Below are positions 24,901 to 37,530 of a stretch of DNA of 64,000 bases, piece by piece (position 1 is the stretch's first letter; each line of letters begins with the position of its first letter). Origin of the DNA: Octopus sinensis (taxonomy: Eukaryota). The stretch lies in the NCBI RefSeq assembly GCF_006345805.1, contig NC_043003.1:58094001-58158000 (forward strand). The letters run 5' to 3'. The notes under the pieces were generated by a model. The model ran no database searches, had not been told where the DNA came from, and saw nothing but the letters and a program-made list of their open reading frames with translations. The position numbers and the translations under genes were made by a program.

Positions 24901-26152
24901 AGAAACCATGTCAAATGAGACTAGAGTCTGGTACAGCCTTTGAGCTTATCAGCCCTATTCAAATCATTCAACCTGTGCCAACATGGACAACAGACAATGA
25001 TGATGATGATGACAATGATGACAATGACAAGTATGTATGTATGAATGCACAGCATTTATTTTTGGAGTTATATTAATTCTTTTTACATATTAATTCTTTT
25101 TGCATATTTCAATCCCATCTCCCCAACTATGTTTCTCTTATCATTTTTATCTTCTGTCTTTCTGATGGTATTATCTATTTATCTAGCTATCATTCATCTT
25201 CCCCAGTTTTATTTATTTATTTATTATTTTTTTCTTTTAATCATCATGTCATCTGAATTTATCTAGAAACTATTTACTGGTGTGAAATAATATCAATATT
25301 TGTATAATTTGAAGATTTTCACATAAAAATATATACGTTTTGTGTTCCAATACCACATACATACTCACACAGATTCATTGTACACACTCACACACACACA
25401 CAACACACACACACACACCACACACTCTTATTATTTCCAAAGCTTCATTATTTTCTTGCAGAATGGATTCTATATCTGCAAAATTAATTGTCAATATTAT
25501 CAAATCCACAAGATTCTTTTTAATATATCAGCAGCCTACATGAATTCACAATAAACGAATATATTTCTTACTTTACAATATAAAATATAGTCTTCATCCA
25601 TTATAATTCTCTTCACGTCTCAAATGTATCCAGTACTTACTGTGCATTATCTCTATACAGGTGCTTTATCATATACTACAGGTGCTTTATTTTATCTACT
25701 TTGGACGAGTGAATAGCAAAGTGAATCTAAGCAGGATTTGCACCTGTAGTGTAAAAGACATAAGCAAATACCCCAAATTGTCCTGCTGAGTGCAAAATAC
25801 ATCATTCTTGCATTAAACATCCATAAATAGAGTTATATGTAAAATACTATCTGCTCTACCTCTGGTATTCCAGTACTAATTTTTCCCTACTTGTTTTGCA
25901 CCTATGTGCTTGTTTGTGTATGCATCTTATTTTTAGCTTCTTTTTTCTTTAACTTGTTGCAGTCATTAGACTACGGCCATGCTGGGGCAATACCTCTAAG
26001 GAAGTTTTAGTTAAATAAATGAGTCCCGGTATTTATCCTATTGATGTCTCTTACTGAACTGCTACATTATGGGGGTGGGTGGCACCAACACCAGTTGTCA
26101 AGTGGTGATGGGGGGTGGATAGACAAACAAACACACACACACACACATACAC

Positions 26153-26197
<45 letters not shown>

Positions 26198-26340
26198 TAG
26201 AAACTCTGCCAGATCAGACTGGAGCCTGGTGCAGCCCCTGGCTTCCCAGACCCCAGTCGAACCGTCCAACCCGTGCTAGCGTGGAAAACGGACGTTAAAC
26301 GATGATGATGATGATGCTCCAGTCTGATCTGGCAGAGTTT

Positions 26341-26381
<41 letters not shown>

Positions 26382-26384
<3 letters not shown>

Positions 26385-26765
26385 GCGGGTGCTGTGTGGT
26401 AAGTAGCTTGCTAACCAACCACATGGTTCCGGGTTCAGTCCACTGCGTGGCATTTTGGGCAAGTGTCTTCTGCTAAACCCCGGGCCGACCAATGCCTTGT
26501 GAATGGATGGTAGACGGAAACTGAAAGAAGCCTGTCGTATATATGTATATGTGTATGTGTGTGTTTTGTGTGTGTTGTTTGTCCCCCTAGCATTGCTTGA
26601 CAACCGATGCTGGTGTGTTACGTCCCCGTCACTTAGCGGTTCGGCAAAAGGACCGATAGAATAAGTACTGGGCTTACAAAGAATAAGTCCGGGGTCGATT
26701 TGCTCGATGAAAGGCGGTTGACAGCATGGCCGCAGTCAAATGACTGGAAACAATAAAAAGTAAAG
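26382..26765 (+). mobile_element. SINE-A, full length, CpG-rich (young)
   Basis: All diagnostic blocks present with most CpGs retained. Confidence 0.92.
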
Positions 26766-27780
26766 TAAAGTAAAGTTATATATATATATATTATATAATA
26801 TATAGATATATATATAACATACACGACAGGATTCTTTTAGTTACATCTACCAAATCTACTCACAAGATTTTGGTTGCCCGAGGTTATAGTACAAGAAACT
26901 TGGCCAAGGTGCTATGCAGTGGGACTGAACCTGGAACCATGTAGTTAAGAAGCAAGCTTCTTCCCACACAGCCATGCCAGTGCCTATATATATGTGTGTG
27001 TGTGTGAGTATAATGTGTATGTATGTATCTGTCTGCCTTCAGAAGTGGAATGTGGTGGTGGGGGTGAGGCGCTGTGTTCCTGTAGGGGTGGGGAGCGACC
27101 GCAGCCATTAAAACTTTGTTAGAAGTAAGTTTATTAATGCTTTTCTGTTTATTAGTTGAACAAATAACCCAACAATTGAGTAATATCTTTATTTCCTTCA
27201 GATATCCTCACAAAGAACATATATTTTTATTTATTTTTCTGTTTTGTGTGTGTGTTCGTTTAATGTTCTCTTGTGTCTTTGTCCCTCTGCGTATCTGTCT
27301 GTCCCAGTTTGTGTGCGCGTATGTGTGTGTGTGTATGTAGTTCTCTTTGTATATGTGTTTATACATGTGTGTGTGTGTATCTGTGATTGTTATTGTGTGT
27401 GTGTGTGTGTTAAATGGGTTTTCTTTTTCTTTTTACTTCTTTTTTTTATGGCTTTTTTTATTTTTGCATTTTCTTCAGAGATCACTAAGAAAAAATGTGT
27501 AGGGTGCACACACGCGCAAGTGTGTGTGAGTGTGTGTGTGTGTGTGTGTCTGCATGTATACATATATCCAAACACAAGCATATACATACACACACACATT
27601 CATACATACATACATACATATATCTACATAAATATATACATATTTTTAAACAGACATCACTGATACAAATATACATACATGTACATACATACTTACATAC
27701 ACACACATATATATTTACACATATATTTACATATACATGTATATACACACACACACATACACTCACATACTTGCACAAAT

Positions 27781-27824
<44 letters not shown>

Positions 27825-28873
27825 TATATATAGAATACATACACAGGTGTATATGTAGTCTATATCTATGTATGTAGTCCTCTCTTTTATAGCTGTTGTT
27901 ACAGTTATTATTATTATTATTGCTATATTTATTGCTGCCATTATTATCACGAAGAATATCATGATTTTCCTCTCTTTTTCTCTTCTTACCACTCTCTCTC
28001 TCTCTCTCTCTCTGTATGTATATATATATATATATGTGTGTATATATATATATGTATGTATATGTATGTATATGTATATGTATGTATATGTATATATATA
28101 TATGTATTTGTGTATGTATTTGTTCTTTCTCGATTTCACTCCTACCACTATTACTTCTTCTTTGTCTAATTTTCTCTCTCTCTACTACTACAACAACAAC
28201 AACCTTACTCTCTTTCTCTCTCTATCTTTCTCCTCACACTACTACTGCCATAACCTCTTCTTTCTCTTTTCTAAATATAATCTTACAGATTTTTACCCTG
28301 CTTTCTGTCCCATCACCTGTCTTGTCATTAACAACCCTCTCTAACATATATATATATATAATCTATGTATGTATGTATACATATAATGTAGAATTCATTT
28401 ATGTATTTATATATCTGAAATATATGCTGAAATACTTGTGTTTTGCCAGCATCTATCTTTCTGTGTATCAAACTTATATATCTCTACCTCTCTATCTTTC
28501 TATCTTACCTCTCTGTCTATCTTTCTATCTGCCTCTCTATCTATCTTTCTATCTACCTCTATATTTATCTATCTATCTATCTATTTATCTGTTTGTCTAT
28601 CTATATCTATCCTGTCTGTCTGTTTATCTTACCTCATCTCTCTCTATTTATCTATATATCTATCTATATATCTATCTATACATCTATCTATCTTGTCTAA
28701 CTTTCCTTTATCTGTTTGTATGTCTATCTATCTATCTATCTATCTATCTATATCTATCCCTCTATCTATCCCTCTATCTATCCCTCTATCTATCTATCTA
28801 TCTATCTTCCTATCTTGTCAGTCTTTCTTTATCTGTCTCTCTGTCTGTTTCTCTGTTTCTCTCTCTATCTCTA

Positions 28874-28913
<40 letters not shown>

Positions 28914-29784
28914 ATATGTAATGTAATTCTTCAGTACAAATGTCTGGTTTGCTAGCCTTCGTTACATCTAATTATCTAAATGTCAACCCATTTGCGTGTA
29001 CGTGTGTGCACGCACACATTTATACGTGCGCATGTGTGTGTGTGTCTATGTCTACCTACATACCAACTACCTCAGCTACCTATATTTGTGCTACACACTA
29101 AACATACCTAAAAGTTTTTCACAACCATCTTATAGTATACACAGCAACCAGTATTTCTGTGTCTTTCAACATGTCAGAAATATCTTTGTACTTGCACACA
29201 ACGAGGGACCGTCTTCCCTTCATTATTATAACAGATCTTATCTCATTTGTAAATATGTAATCAATTTTGCTTTGTTTTTTTTTTCTTATTTTTTCTTTGT
29301 GTTTCTATCCTCTTCATCTTTCTACATCTTCTCCCCCATCCTCTTCCATTTTATACATTTGCATTTTTCCCTATTCTGTTTTTATCATCAGTTTTCTAAT
29401 TCTCTTTCTGCCTGATGCCACTTGGTGGTGCTGGTGGTAGTGCTGGTGACGGTGATGATGTTAGTGATGGTGGTGGTGGTGGTGGTGATGGTGGCGATGG
29501 TGGTGATAGTGTTGACAGTGGTGGCGTGATAGTGGTATTGGTGGTGTTGGCATTGGGTTAGATATTAGCTCTGATTTACCGATATTCCTCACCATGTATT
29601 CCCTTTTGAGCTATTGTTCATTTAGAATGTGGAATCTGGTCATATTTTCTGTGTTCTTCTCGGACTATAGTAGAGGACACTTGTCACCTTGAGCCAGTGA
29701 CTTCCACTATAACCATGGGCCAACCAAAGCCTGGATCTGGTAGACCAAAACTGAAAGAAGCTTGTCACGTGCATATATAAACAT

Positions 29785-29995
29785 ATGTGGGCTGCCTTTC
29801 TGGCTCCTGTGCCGGTGACACATTAAAAGCATCCACTACACTCTTGGAGTGTTTGACATTAGGATGGTCATCCAGCTGTAGAAACCATGCCGAATCAGTC
29901 TGGAGCTTAGTGCAGCTCTTCGGCTTACCAATTCCAGTCAAACTGTCTAACCCATGCCAGCATGGAAAGCAGATGCTAAATGATGATGATTGTGG
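29785..29995 (+). mobile_element. Family C element
   Basis: GGAGTGTTTGACATTAGGATGGTCATCCAGCTGTAGAAACC block and CCATGCCAGCATGGAAAGCAGATGCTAAA(TGA)n tail. Confidence 0.8.
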
Positions 29996-30029
29996 TGTTG
30001 GTGGTGTATGTATTTCTTTATTACTGTCT

Positions 30030-30235
30030 CCTTGTTTTGGCATCGCATGATAGTCGCAAATGAGTGTCAGTGTCAACAAACAGTGTCCTACATTTCCAAA
30101 TCTTCCTTGAAAACACATCGGATCATTGGGAAACTCATCTTACTCGGAACCTGATGAGGGCTGGCAACAGGAAGGGCATCCAGCCATTGACAGTTCACCT
30201 CAATAAATTCCGTCTGACTAAATACTGTGGCAAAT
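30030..30235 (+). mobile_element. Family F element (RTE-type block)
   Basis: Colinear with 62230-62540; both carry G.GGATGAGGG.T..CAACAGGAAGGG.ATCCAGC. Confidence 0.7.
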
Positions 30236-30486
30236 ACTAATCGAATTACTAAATAGCGGAGAATAAGACAAAAAAAAAAAAACGATGGAAGAGAATGCAA
30301 AAGAACACAGAATTTTATATGTATTATAGTCCTTCCTATTTTGGTATTTAGTCTTGTCTTGAAGTCAGTCATACTTACAGACATATACGGAGGGGAAGGC
30401 TGGAGGTAGAGAGAGGCATACATATAAATGAATGTATAGGTGTGTGTATGTAAGTGTACCTGTCTATATAAATATGCATATGAATA

Positions 30487-30521
<35 letters not shown>

Positions 30522-30549
30522 GTATGTTATATATATATATATATATATA

Positions 30550-30945
30550 GGCGCAGAGTGGCTGTTGTGGTAAGTAGCTTGCTACCAACCACATGGTTGG
30601 GTTCAGTCCCACTGCATGCACCTTGGGCAAATGGTCTTCTACTATAGCCTCGGGCCGACCAAAGCCTTGTGAGTGGATTTGGTAGACGGAAACTGAAAGA
30701 AGCCCGTCCTATATATGTATATATATGTGTGTGTGTGTATGTTTGTGCACTGTATTTGTCCCCCTAGCATTGCTTGACAACCGATGCTGGTGTGTTTACG
30801 TCCCCGTCACTTAGCGGTTCCGCAAAAGAGACCGATAGAATAAGTACTGGGCTTACAAAGAATAAGTCCCGGGGTCGAGCTGCTCGACTAAAGGTGGTGC
30901 TCCAGCATGGCCGCTGTCAAATGACTGAAACTAGTAAAAGAGAGA
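30550..30945 (+). mobile_element. SINE-A, full length, young
   Basis: GGCGCAGAGTGGCTG head through GACTGAAACTAGTAAAAGAG tail, embedded in (TA)n on both sides. Confidence 0.93.
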
Positions 30946-31096
30946 GAAAGAGATATATATATATAGATATGCATATACATATATATATATGCATATATAT
31001 ATATACACATATATAGATGCATATATATATATATACGTATATATATGCATATATTATATATATATATACACACATATATATATATATGCATATATA

Positions 31097-31149
<53 letters not shown>

Positions 31150-31579
31150 ATGTATATGTATGTATATATATATATATATATGTATGTAAATGTATGCATA
31201 TGTGTGTGTTAGTGTGTACAGATGTATATGTTATCCCATTTCATCACAAATGAGAGATGTTATCACCCTCTGACCTGTCACCCAAAATATATGTATATAT
31301 ATATGTATGTATCTATGTATATTTATACGTATATGTATACTCCCAACTCTAGAACCATCAGACCGCTGCTGATAGGAATCAACCAGTAGTTTCCGCCTGA
31401 GTGCATTCATTCATTTTGCTGCTCTAGTCTCCTTGGATTCATGTCGTCTACTGCAATAAACAGCCAAGGTGGTGAGCGAAGGAGATTTATTCATGTGAGA
31501 CTACTAACATTTCAGAGATCTACCTAGTAGTAGCAGCAGCAGCAGCAGCAGCAGCAGTAGCAGCAGTAGCAGCAGTAGC

Positions 31580-31629
<50 letters not shown>

Positions 31630-31775
31630 ATCATAGCAACTTTGTCAGATTCAGTGACACAAATTATTAATATCATCACAGAACTGGGTAAGGAATTTCC
31701 TTGGGTTGATGGATGCCCTAAATTTTCATTGGTTGGCTTCCACTCCGATCAGTGACAGGTTATGTGTCTGTCTCA

Positions 31776-31816
31776 CTGATTCCTAATTACTTTATTTTTA
31801 CCTGTTGCAGGTATGT
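31776..31816 (+). other. Candidate recursive (zero-length exon) splice site CAG|GTATGT
   Basis: Branch-like CTAAT at 31783-87, U-rich tract, CAG at 31808-10 directly followed by GTATGT. Confidence 0.35.
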
Positions 31817-32294
31817 TAACTAGTTAACCTGTTTTTTGATTTTCTTTTTTTTTTTTTGTTCTATGTTCTTTGTAGAATCCCCACCCCCACCCTCCATTCA
31901 TTCCCTTTAGCCGCCGTCTCCATCACCATCACCATCAGACAAATAGCCTTCAGGGTCAACAAGAGAGTCCCCTACTTAGTTGCTCAACCCACTAGAAATA
32001 GTGCATGAAATCTCCCTCAAATTACACTGTTCAATTTTGTTTTATCTTTTACTTGTTCCAGTCAATGGACTGTGGCCATGCTGGGGCACCACCTTGATAG
32101 AGTTAGTCAAGCAAACTGACCCCAGTAATTATTTTTCAAGTTTGGTATCTATTCTATCAGCCACTTCTCCTGTACCATCATCATCATCATCTTCATCATC
32201 ATCATTTAGCATAGTAGTTCCAAAGTAGGTGGAAAGATCCAGGGAGACGTTGAAGAAAAATTAGGCGATAATGGGGTGACTAAATTGAGGCAAT

Positions 32295-32510
32295 GGATAC
32301 TCTTTTATTTGTTTCAGTCATTTGACTGTGGCCATGCTGGAGCACCGCTTTTATAGTCGAGCAAATCGGCCCCAGAGCTTATACTTTGTAAGCCTTATTC
32401 TATCGGTCTCTTTTGCCGAACCACTAAGTTACGGTGGCATAAACACACCAGCATCAGTTGTCAGGCGATGATGGGGGGACAAACAGACACACAAACATAT
32501 ACACACATAC

Positions 32511-32553
<43 letters not shown>

Positions 32554-32718
32554 TGACGGGCTTCTTCCAGTTTCCACCTACCAAATCCACTCACAAGGCT
32601 TTGATTGGCTCGAGGCTATAGTAGAAGACACTTGCCCAAGGTGCCACTCAGTGGGACTGAACCCGGGACCATGTGGTCGGTAAGCAAGCTACTTACCACA
32701 CAGCCACTCCTGCGCCTA
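32295..32718 (-). mobile_element. SINE-A, full length
   Basis: Head ends ..CACAGCCACTCCTGCGCC at about 32718; internal microsatellite; tail at about 32300. Confidence 0.92.
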
Positions 32719-32939
32719 AAAATGTAAAAGACATAAAAGAAAAAAAAGCAAACAAAATAAAGTGTTAATTAGGTTTCTTTATTTATGAAATACTGTTGCT
32801 TTGAATTTGCTGAAAAAAATGTTCCGTGTCTGTGATTGTGATGGGGTGGGGCACTAGGAATGTGACCTTAAAACCAAGGGGACAGCAGCCAGAAAAAGTT
32901 AGGAAATCACCGATTTAGCATCTGGAATTGGTAAGCAGA

Positions 32940-33240
32940 AGAGCTGTGCCAGGTTCCAGTCTGATTTGGCAGAGTTTCTATGGCTGGATGCCCTTCCTAA
33001 TGCCAACCACTTTGAAAGTGTAATGAGTGCTTTTATGTGCCACTGACTCAGCTGTGACTTACATGGCACCGGTGACAGCCATGACTATGATTTCATGGGT
33101 GCCATTTATATGACACTGATGATGGTCACAGCTATGATTTCACTTCGCCTGATAAGCCTTCTGAAGCTCAGCATACCACCAATGTTCTCGGTCACTTGTC
33201 ATCACCTCTATGAGGCCCGACACTCGAAGATCAAGAAGTC
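32940..33240 (-). mobile_element. Family C element including the RTE ORF2-end module
   Basis: GGATGCCCTTCCTAATGCCAACCAC block, then reverse complement of the module seen at 24490-24610. Confidence 0.7.
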
Positions 33241-34522
33241 ATAAGGATGTAAACAAACAAACACTACTTGTCAAGCAATGATGAGGAACACAAACATAAA
33301 CACACACACACACATACAACCGGTTTCTACTCACTGTCTATTTTCCAAATTCACTCACAAGGCACAAGGTTTTGGTCAGCCTGGTACTGTAGTAGACTAG
33401 CTTAAAAGCCACCTTGTCGGGCAGCTTTTAAGCTAACTCCTGTGGAGGGCTCTTCATTGGGCCTTGAGCCCAATAATGACACTTCATGCATTAAGTACTT
33501 ATTAAATTCTATTAAACTTGACCAATATTTTTCAAGCAATGAACAATTTTCATCAAAACAATATAACATGTTGACTTGGATCTTATTGCAAAGCTGCATG
33601 ATAAACAACATCTTTTGTCTTCCCATTTGGGGGTCAGTAAAATTTTTTTTTTTCTATCTATCCTCTTTCTTTCTCTGTCTCTCTTTCTGTTGATTGTTTT
33701 CAACCGTCACCATCATCATTGCCACCATAACTGCCATACACACACCATTCAGACTTCTGACGCCACCAACATCAACACCTTTGACTTCGCCGCCTTCTCC
33801 TCCACCACCATAACCAGTCTTTCAAATCCCTTACTATCACCATCATGCTTGACTACCTCAGCTACCACTATCACCACCACCACCACCACCATCATCACTG
33901 TCGCCTCTGCCTCTATCACAACTACAATTCCTACTGTTACTATCACCCCATTACCATCTCAGTTGTCAATCTACTACCACCATCACTGTCTCTATGCCTA
34001 CTATTATTCACCCTAGGAAGAGGAATAGAAGAAGTGTCATTGAATAGTGAGAGATGGGGGTCAAAGTGTGACACACTGATACACAGAAATTCATTTTGGC
34101 ATTTATCATTATAGAAGACACTTGCCCACGGAGTCACAGAGTGGGACTGAACCCAAGGCCATATGGTTGGGAAGCAAAGTTCTTTCCACAAAGCCATGCC
34201 TGCACCTACATGACTAAAATCTACTTCTGTGACCATTACTGAAAGCTCAAATGTACCAATCATTAAACCTTGATTGCTCTGTGTTTGGTCTTTTAGAGTG
34301 TTTGGTCTTTTAGAAAAATAAGATGAATTAATTAATGTACAGAATTGTATAAGGATAGGAAACATGACTGCAATCTTGTTGATGTCCCTACCCACCGCCA
34401 GAGGGCATTTTGGTGGTCTTCTAACTAAAATCTTTGTCACCTTCGCCAGAAACTCCATTGTTGTCATCATGATTTTCATCAGCTTTATCATTGTTATCTC
34501 ATCATCATTGTCATCACCACCG

Positions 34523-34555
<33 letters not shown>

Positions 34556-35018
34556 CCACCACCACCACTGTCATCATCTTCATCTTTATAGTTGTTGCCT
34601 ATACATTTCAACCATTATTCTGCAGAACCACCGCCATTAGCAGCATCATTGTCCTAATCAAACCTGTATGTGTAAGTATGTGTTAAATATATGTGTGTGT
34701 GTGTGCGTGTGCGCACGTGTGTGTGTCCTCATCACCACCGTCGCCGCCCTCATCTCTATTACTATTACCATCTGCAGTAACAACAACAACAGCATCAACA
34801 TTGGTTTAATTGCTGTAAAATGACATTGTTATGAATAAGATAATAATAACAAGGTCCATTACTATTACACACATACATACACACGTTTATATATATGTAT
34901 ATATATAAGTATATTTGTGTATGATGTGTGCGTAAGTATATATATATATATATTTGTATACGTATATATGTGTGTATGTGTATATGTATATATATATATA
35001 AATGTATAGATGTGTATG

Positions 35019-35055
<37 letters not shown>

Positions 35056-35082
35056 ATATATGTATATAAGTGTATAGATGTG

Positions 35083-35129
<47 letters not shown>

Positions 35130-35494
35130 ATATATGTATATATATATATGTGTATATATCTGTGTATATGTGTATGTCCATGTATGTATATATTTGTGTG
35201 TGTGTGTGTGTGTGTGTGAAAGAAAGACATTTAATAAGAAGTGGGATGTGTATTGGTTGCGATGAGGGTGCGGGTAGGGTGGGGTGGGGCAAGTGGGTAT
35301 ATATATATATATATCCAATTTGATGGAATCTTTCTTCCATTTAACAGCACCAGCAGCCACCGCGGCAACACCGACTGCAGCAGCAGCAACATCTCCCACT
35401 CACCCTTTTCCCCTTCCCACCACACCTACCATCCTTCTTTTGTAACAACACCACCTTAGATATTTGTCTCTCCCTTTTTCACCACCGCCCTACC

Positions 35495-35528
<34 letters not shown>

Positions 35529-35569
35529 TTTGCTGTCTCTAATGGTTGAAGATCTTTTATAGATCAACA

Positions 35570-35719
35570 ACGTCATTAACAACAACAATAATAATAATAT
35601 CAATAATAATAATAATAATAATAATAGTATTAATAATAATGATAATAATAATAATAATAATAATAATAATAGTATTAATAATAATGATAATAATAATAAT
35701 AATAGTATTAATGATAATG

Positions 35720-35755
<36 letters not shown>

Positions 35756-35785
35756 GTATTAATAATAATGATAATGATAATCGCT
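35570..35785. repeat. (AAT)n tract with recurring AGTATT variant units
   Basis: Four AATAGTATTAATAAT motifs within a long (AAT)n; source of the poly-I and poly-L ORFs. Confidence 0.95.
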
Positions 35786-35926
35786 TGTCATTTGCGAGTG
35801 TGGGGGTGGATGCGTGTTTAAGAGAACATAAAAAAAAATGTTGGGTTGAGTCGATTGTGATGTTTCGTGTATGTTTGTCTATACATGTGTGTTTGCTGAT
35901 GTGATTGGTGTATAACAGTTTTAAAT

Positions 35927-35963
<37 letters not shown>

Positions 35964-37079
35964 CTTGTTCTGGTGGGTGGGGGGGTCACTCCTCTCCTCT
36001 CTCTTTCTCTCTCTCATATATGTATGTGTGTGTGTGTGTAGATGGATAAGTATGTATGCCTGTATTGTACCTTGTGTATGTTTGTGCACACGTGTGTATA
36101 TGTGTGTGTGTGTTTGTATGCATAATTTATATATATTACACTTTTATACATACACATCTGTGTGAATGTGTCTGCCTCTCTCTCTCTCTCTCTCACTGTC
36201 TCCTTTTCTTTCTTTTTCTCTCTCTCCTTCTCCTTTTCTTTCTTTTTCTCTCTCCCTCTCTTACTCTCTTCCTCTCTATCTTTCTTTCTCTCTCTTTCTC
36301 TCTTTTCCTTTTCTAATCTTTCTCTCTCACTCTCTCTCTCTTTCTCTCTTACTCTCTTTCTTCCCTCTCACTCTCTCTCATATATTAATAGATATATAAG
36401 TATGTGTGTGGTTATACTAATCGATATGTTAATATGTATGTCCATACACACACACACACACAGACACACACACACACACACATACATACACACACATACA
36501 TGCACACCTATATATTTATATACTATATATACCACAGAAGAAATTTTGTATATCAGTAGTGAAAATACAGTATGAAAATTTAGTATTCTTTCTACACATA
36601 CATTCATCTGCATACGTAATAATAACACAAGAGAGAACAAGAACAGCATTATTATAGCGTGTATATACAAGTGTATGTTTTTATTATTGCTGCGGATATC
36701 GTCATCATTACTCAATAACTAAACTAATCGTTACTCAATAACTACACATGAATTGCCTGCATTTTAAAGATATTCCGTGTCTGTATTCTTTCCAAGAAGT
36801 TTGTGTTGTCGGTAACAGAACAGAGAAGACAGATGAGAGAAGAAATTGTAATAGAAACTTGCTAATGAAAAAGAAATTAGATGGGCCCAGAGCAGCATAA
36901 TGCCATAACGTTGTGGACAGTCTAGTAGAGAGATTAATATGGAATGGAAGTTATTTTGTATTCATAAGAGAGAGACAAGAAAAGTTCTATCTCCATCCAG
37001 CCTCCTCCTCTGCAAGTATCTCTTTGATTCATGTTTCACTGGGCATAACCATTGAAAATAAATATTTTATAGATCAGTG

Positions 37080-37530
37080 TGTTGGTTGCTTGGTTGGTAA
37101 ATTGGCAGTGGGCTGGTTGGTTATGGGTCGTTTGTGGATTGGTTGGTTGGTGAATTGGCTGTGGAATAGATAATTGGTTGGTTGTTTGTGGATTGGTTGG
37201 CTGGTTGGTTGGTGAATTGGCTATGGGTTGGTTGGTTATGGGTCATTTGTGGATTGGTTGGTTGTTGAATTGGCTGTGGAGTAGATAATTTGTTGGTTGT
37301 GGATTGTGTGGTTGGTGTATTGGCTGTGAGTTGGATGGTTGTTTGTGGATTGGTTGGTTGGTTGGTGAATTGACTGTGGGTTGGTTGGTTATGGGTTATT
37401 TGTGGATTGACTGTGGGGTAGATGATTGGTTGGTTGGTTGTGGATTGGTTGGTTGGTTGGTGAATTGGCAGTGGGTCGGTTGGTGAATTGGTTGTGGGTG
37501 GATCGGTTGGTTGGTTGCTTGCTTGTTGGT
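37080..37530 (+). repeat. (GGTT)-derived compound tandem repeat with longer recurring modules
   Basis: Recurring GGTGAATTGGCTGTGG, GGTTATGGGTC.TTTGTGGATT and GAGTAGATAATT modules in a GGTT background. Confidence 0.85.

Noticed and set aside
27043-27124. AG...GTAAGT-bounded 82-nt segment
   Set aside because: Stops in all three frames; no support for a coding exon.
31500-31700. TACTAAC followed by CAG and a poly-Ser frame
   Set aside because: The branch point is only about 8 nt from the AG, and the frame is a (CAG/TAG)n microsatellite ending in a stop.
36770-36900. Peptide VCVVGNRTEKTD resembling a GTPase NKxD region
   Set aside because: The motif is not conserved, the frame is short, and no other G-box exons were found.
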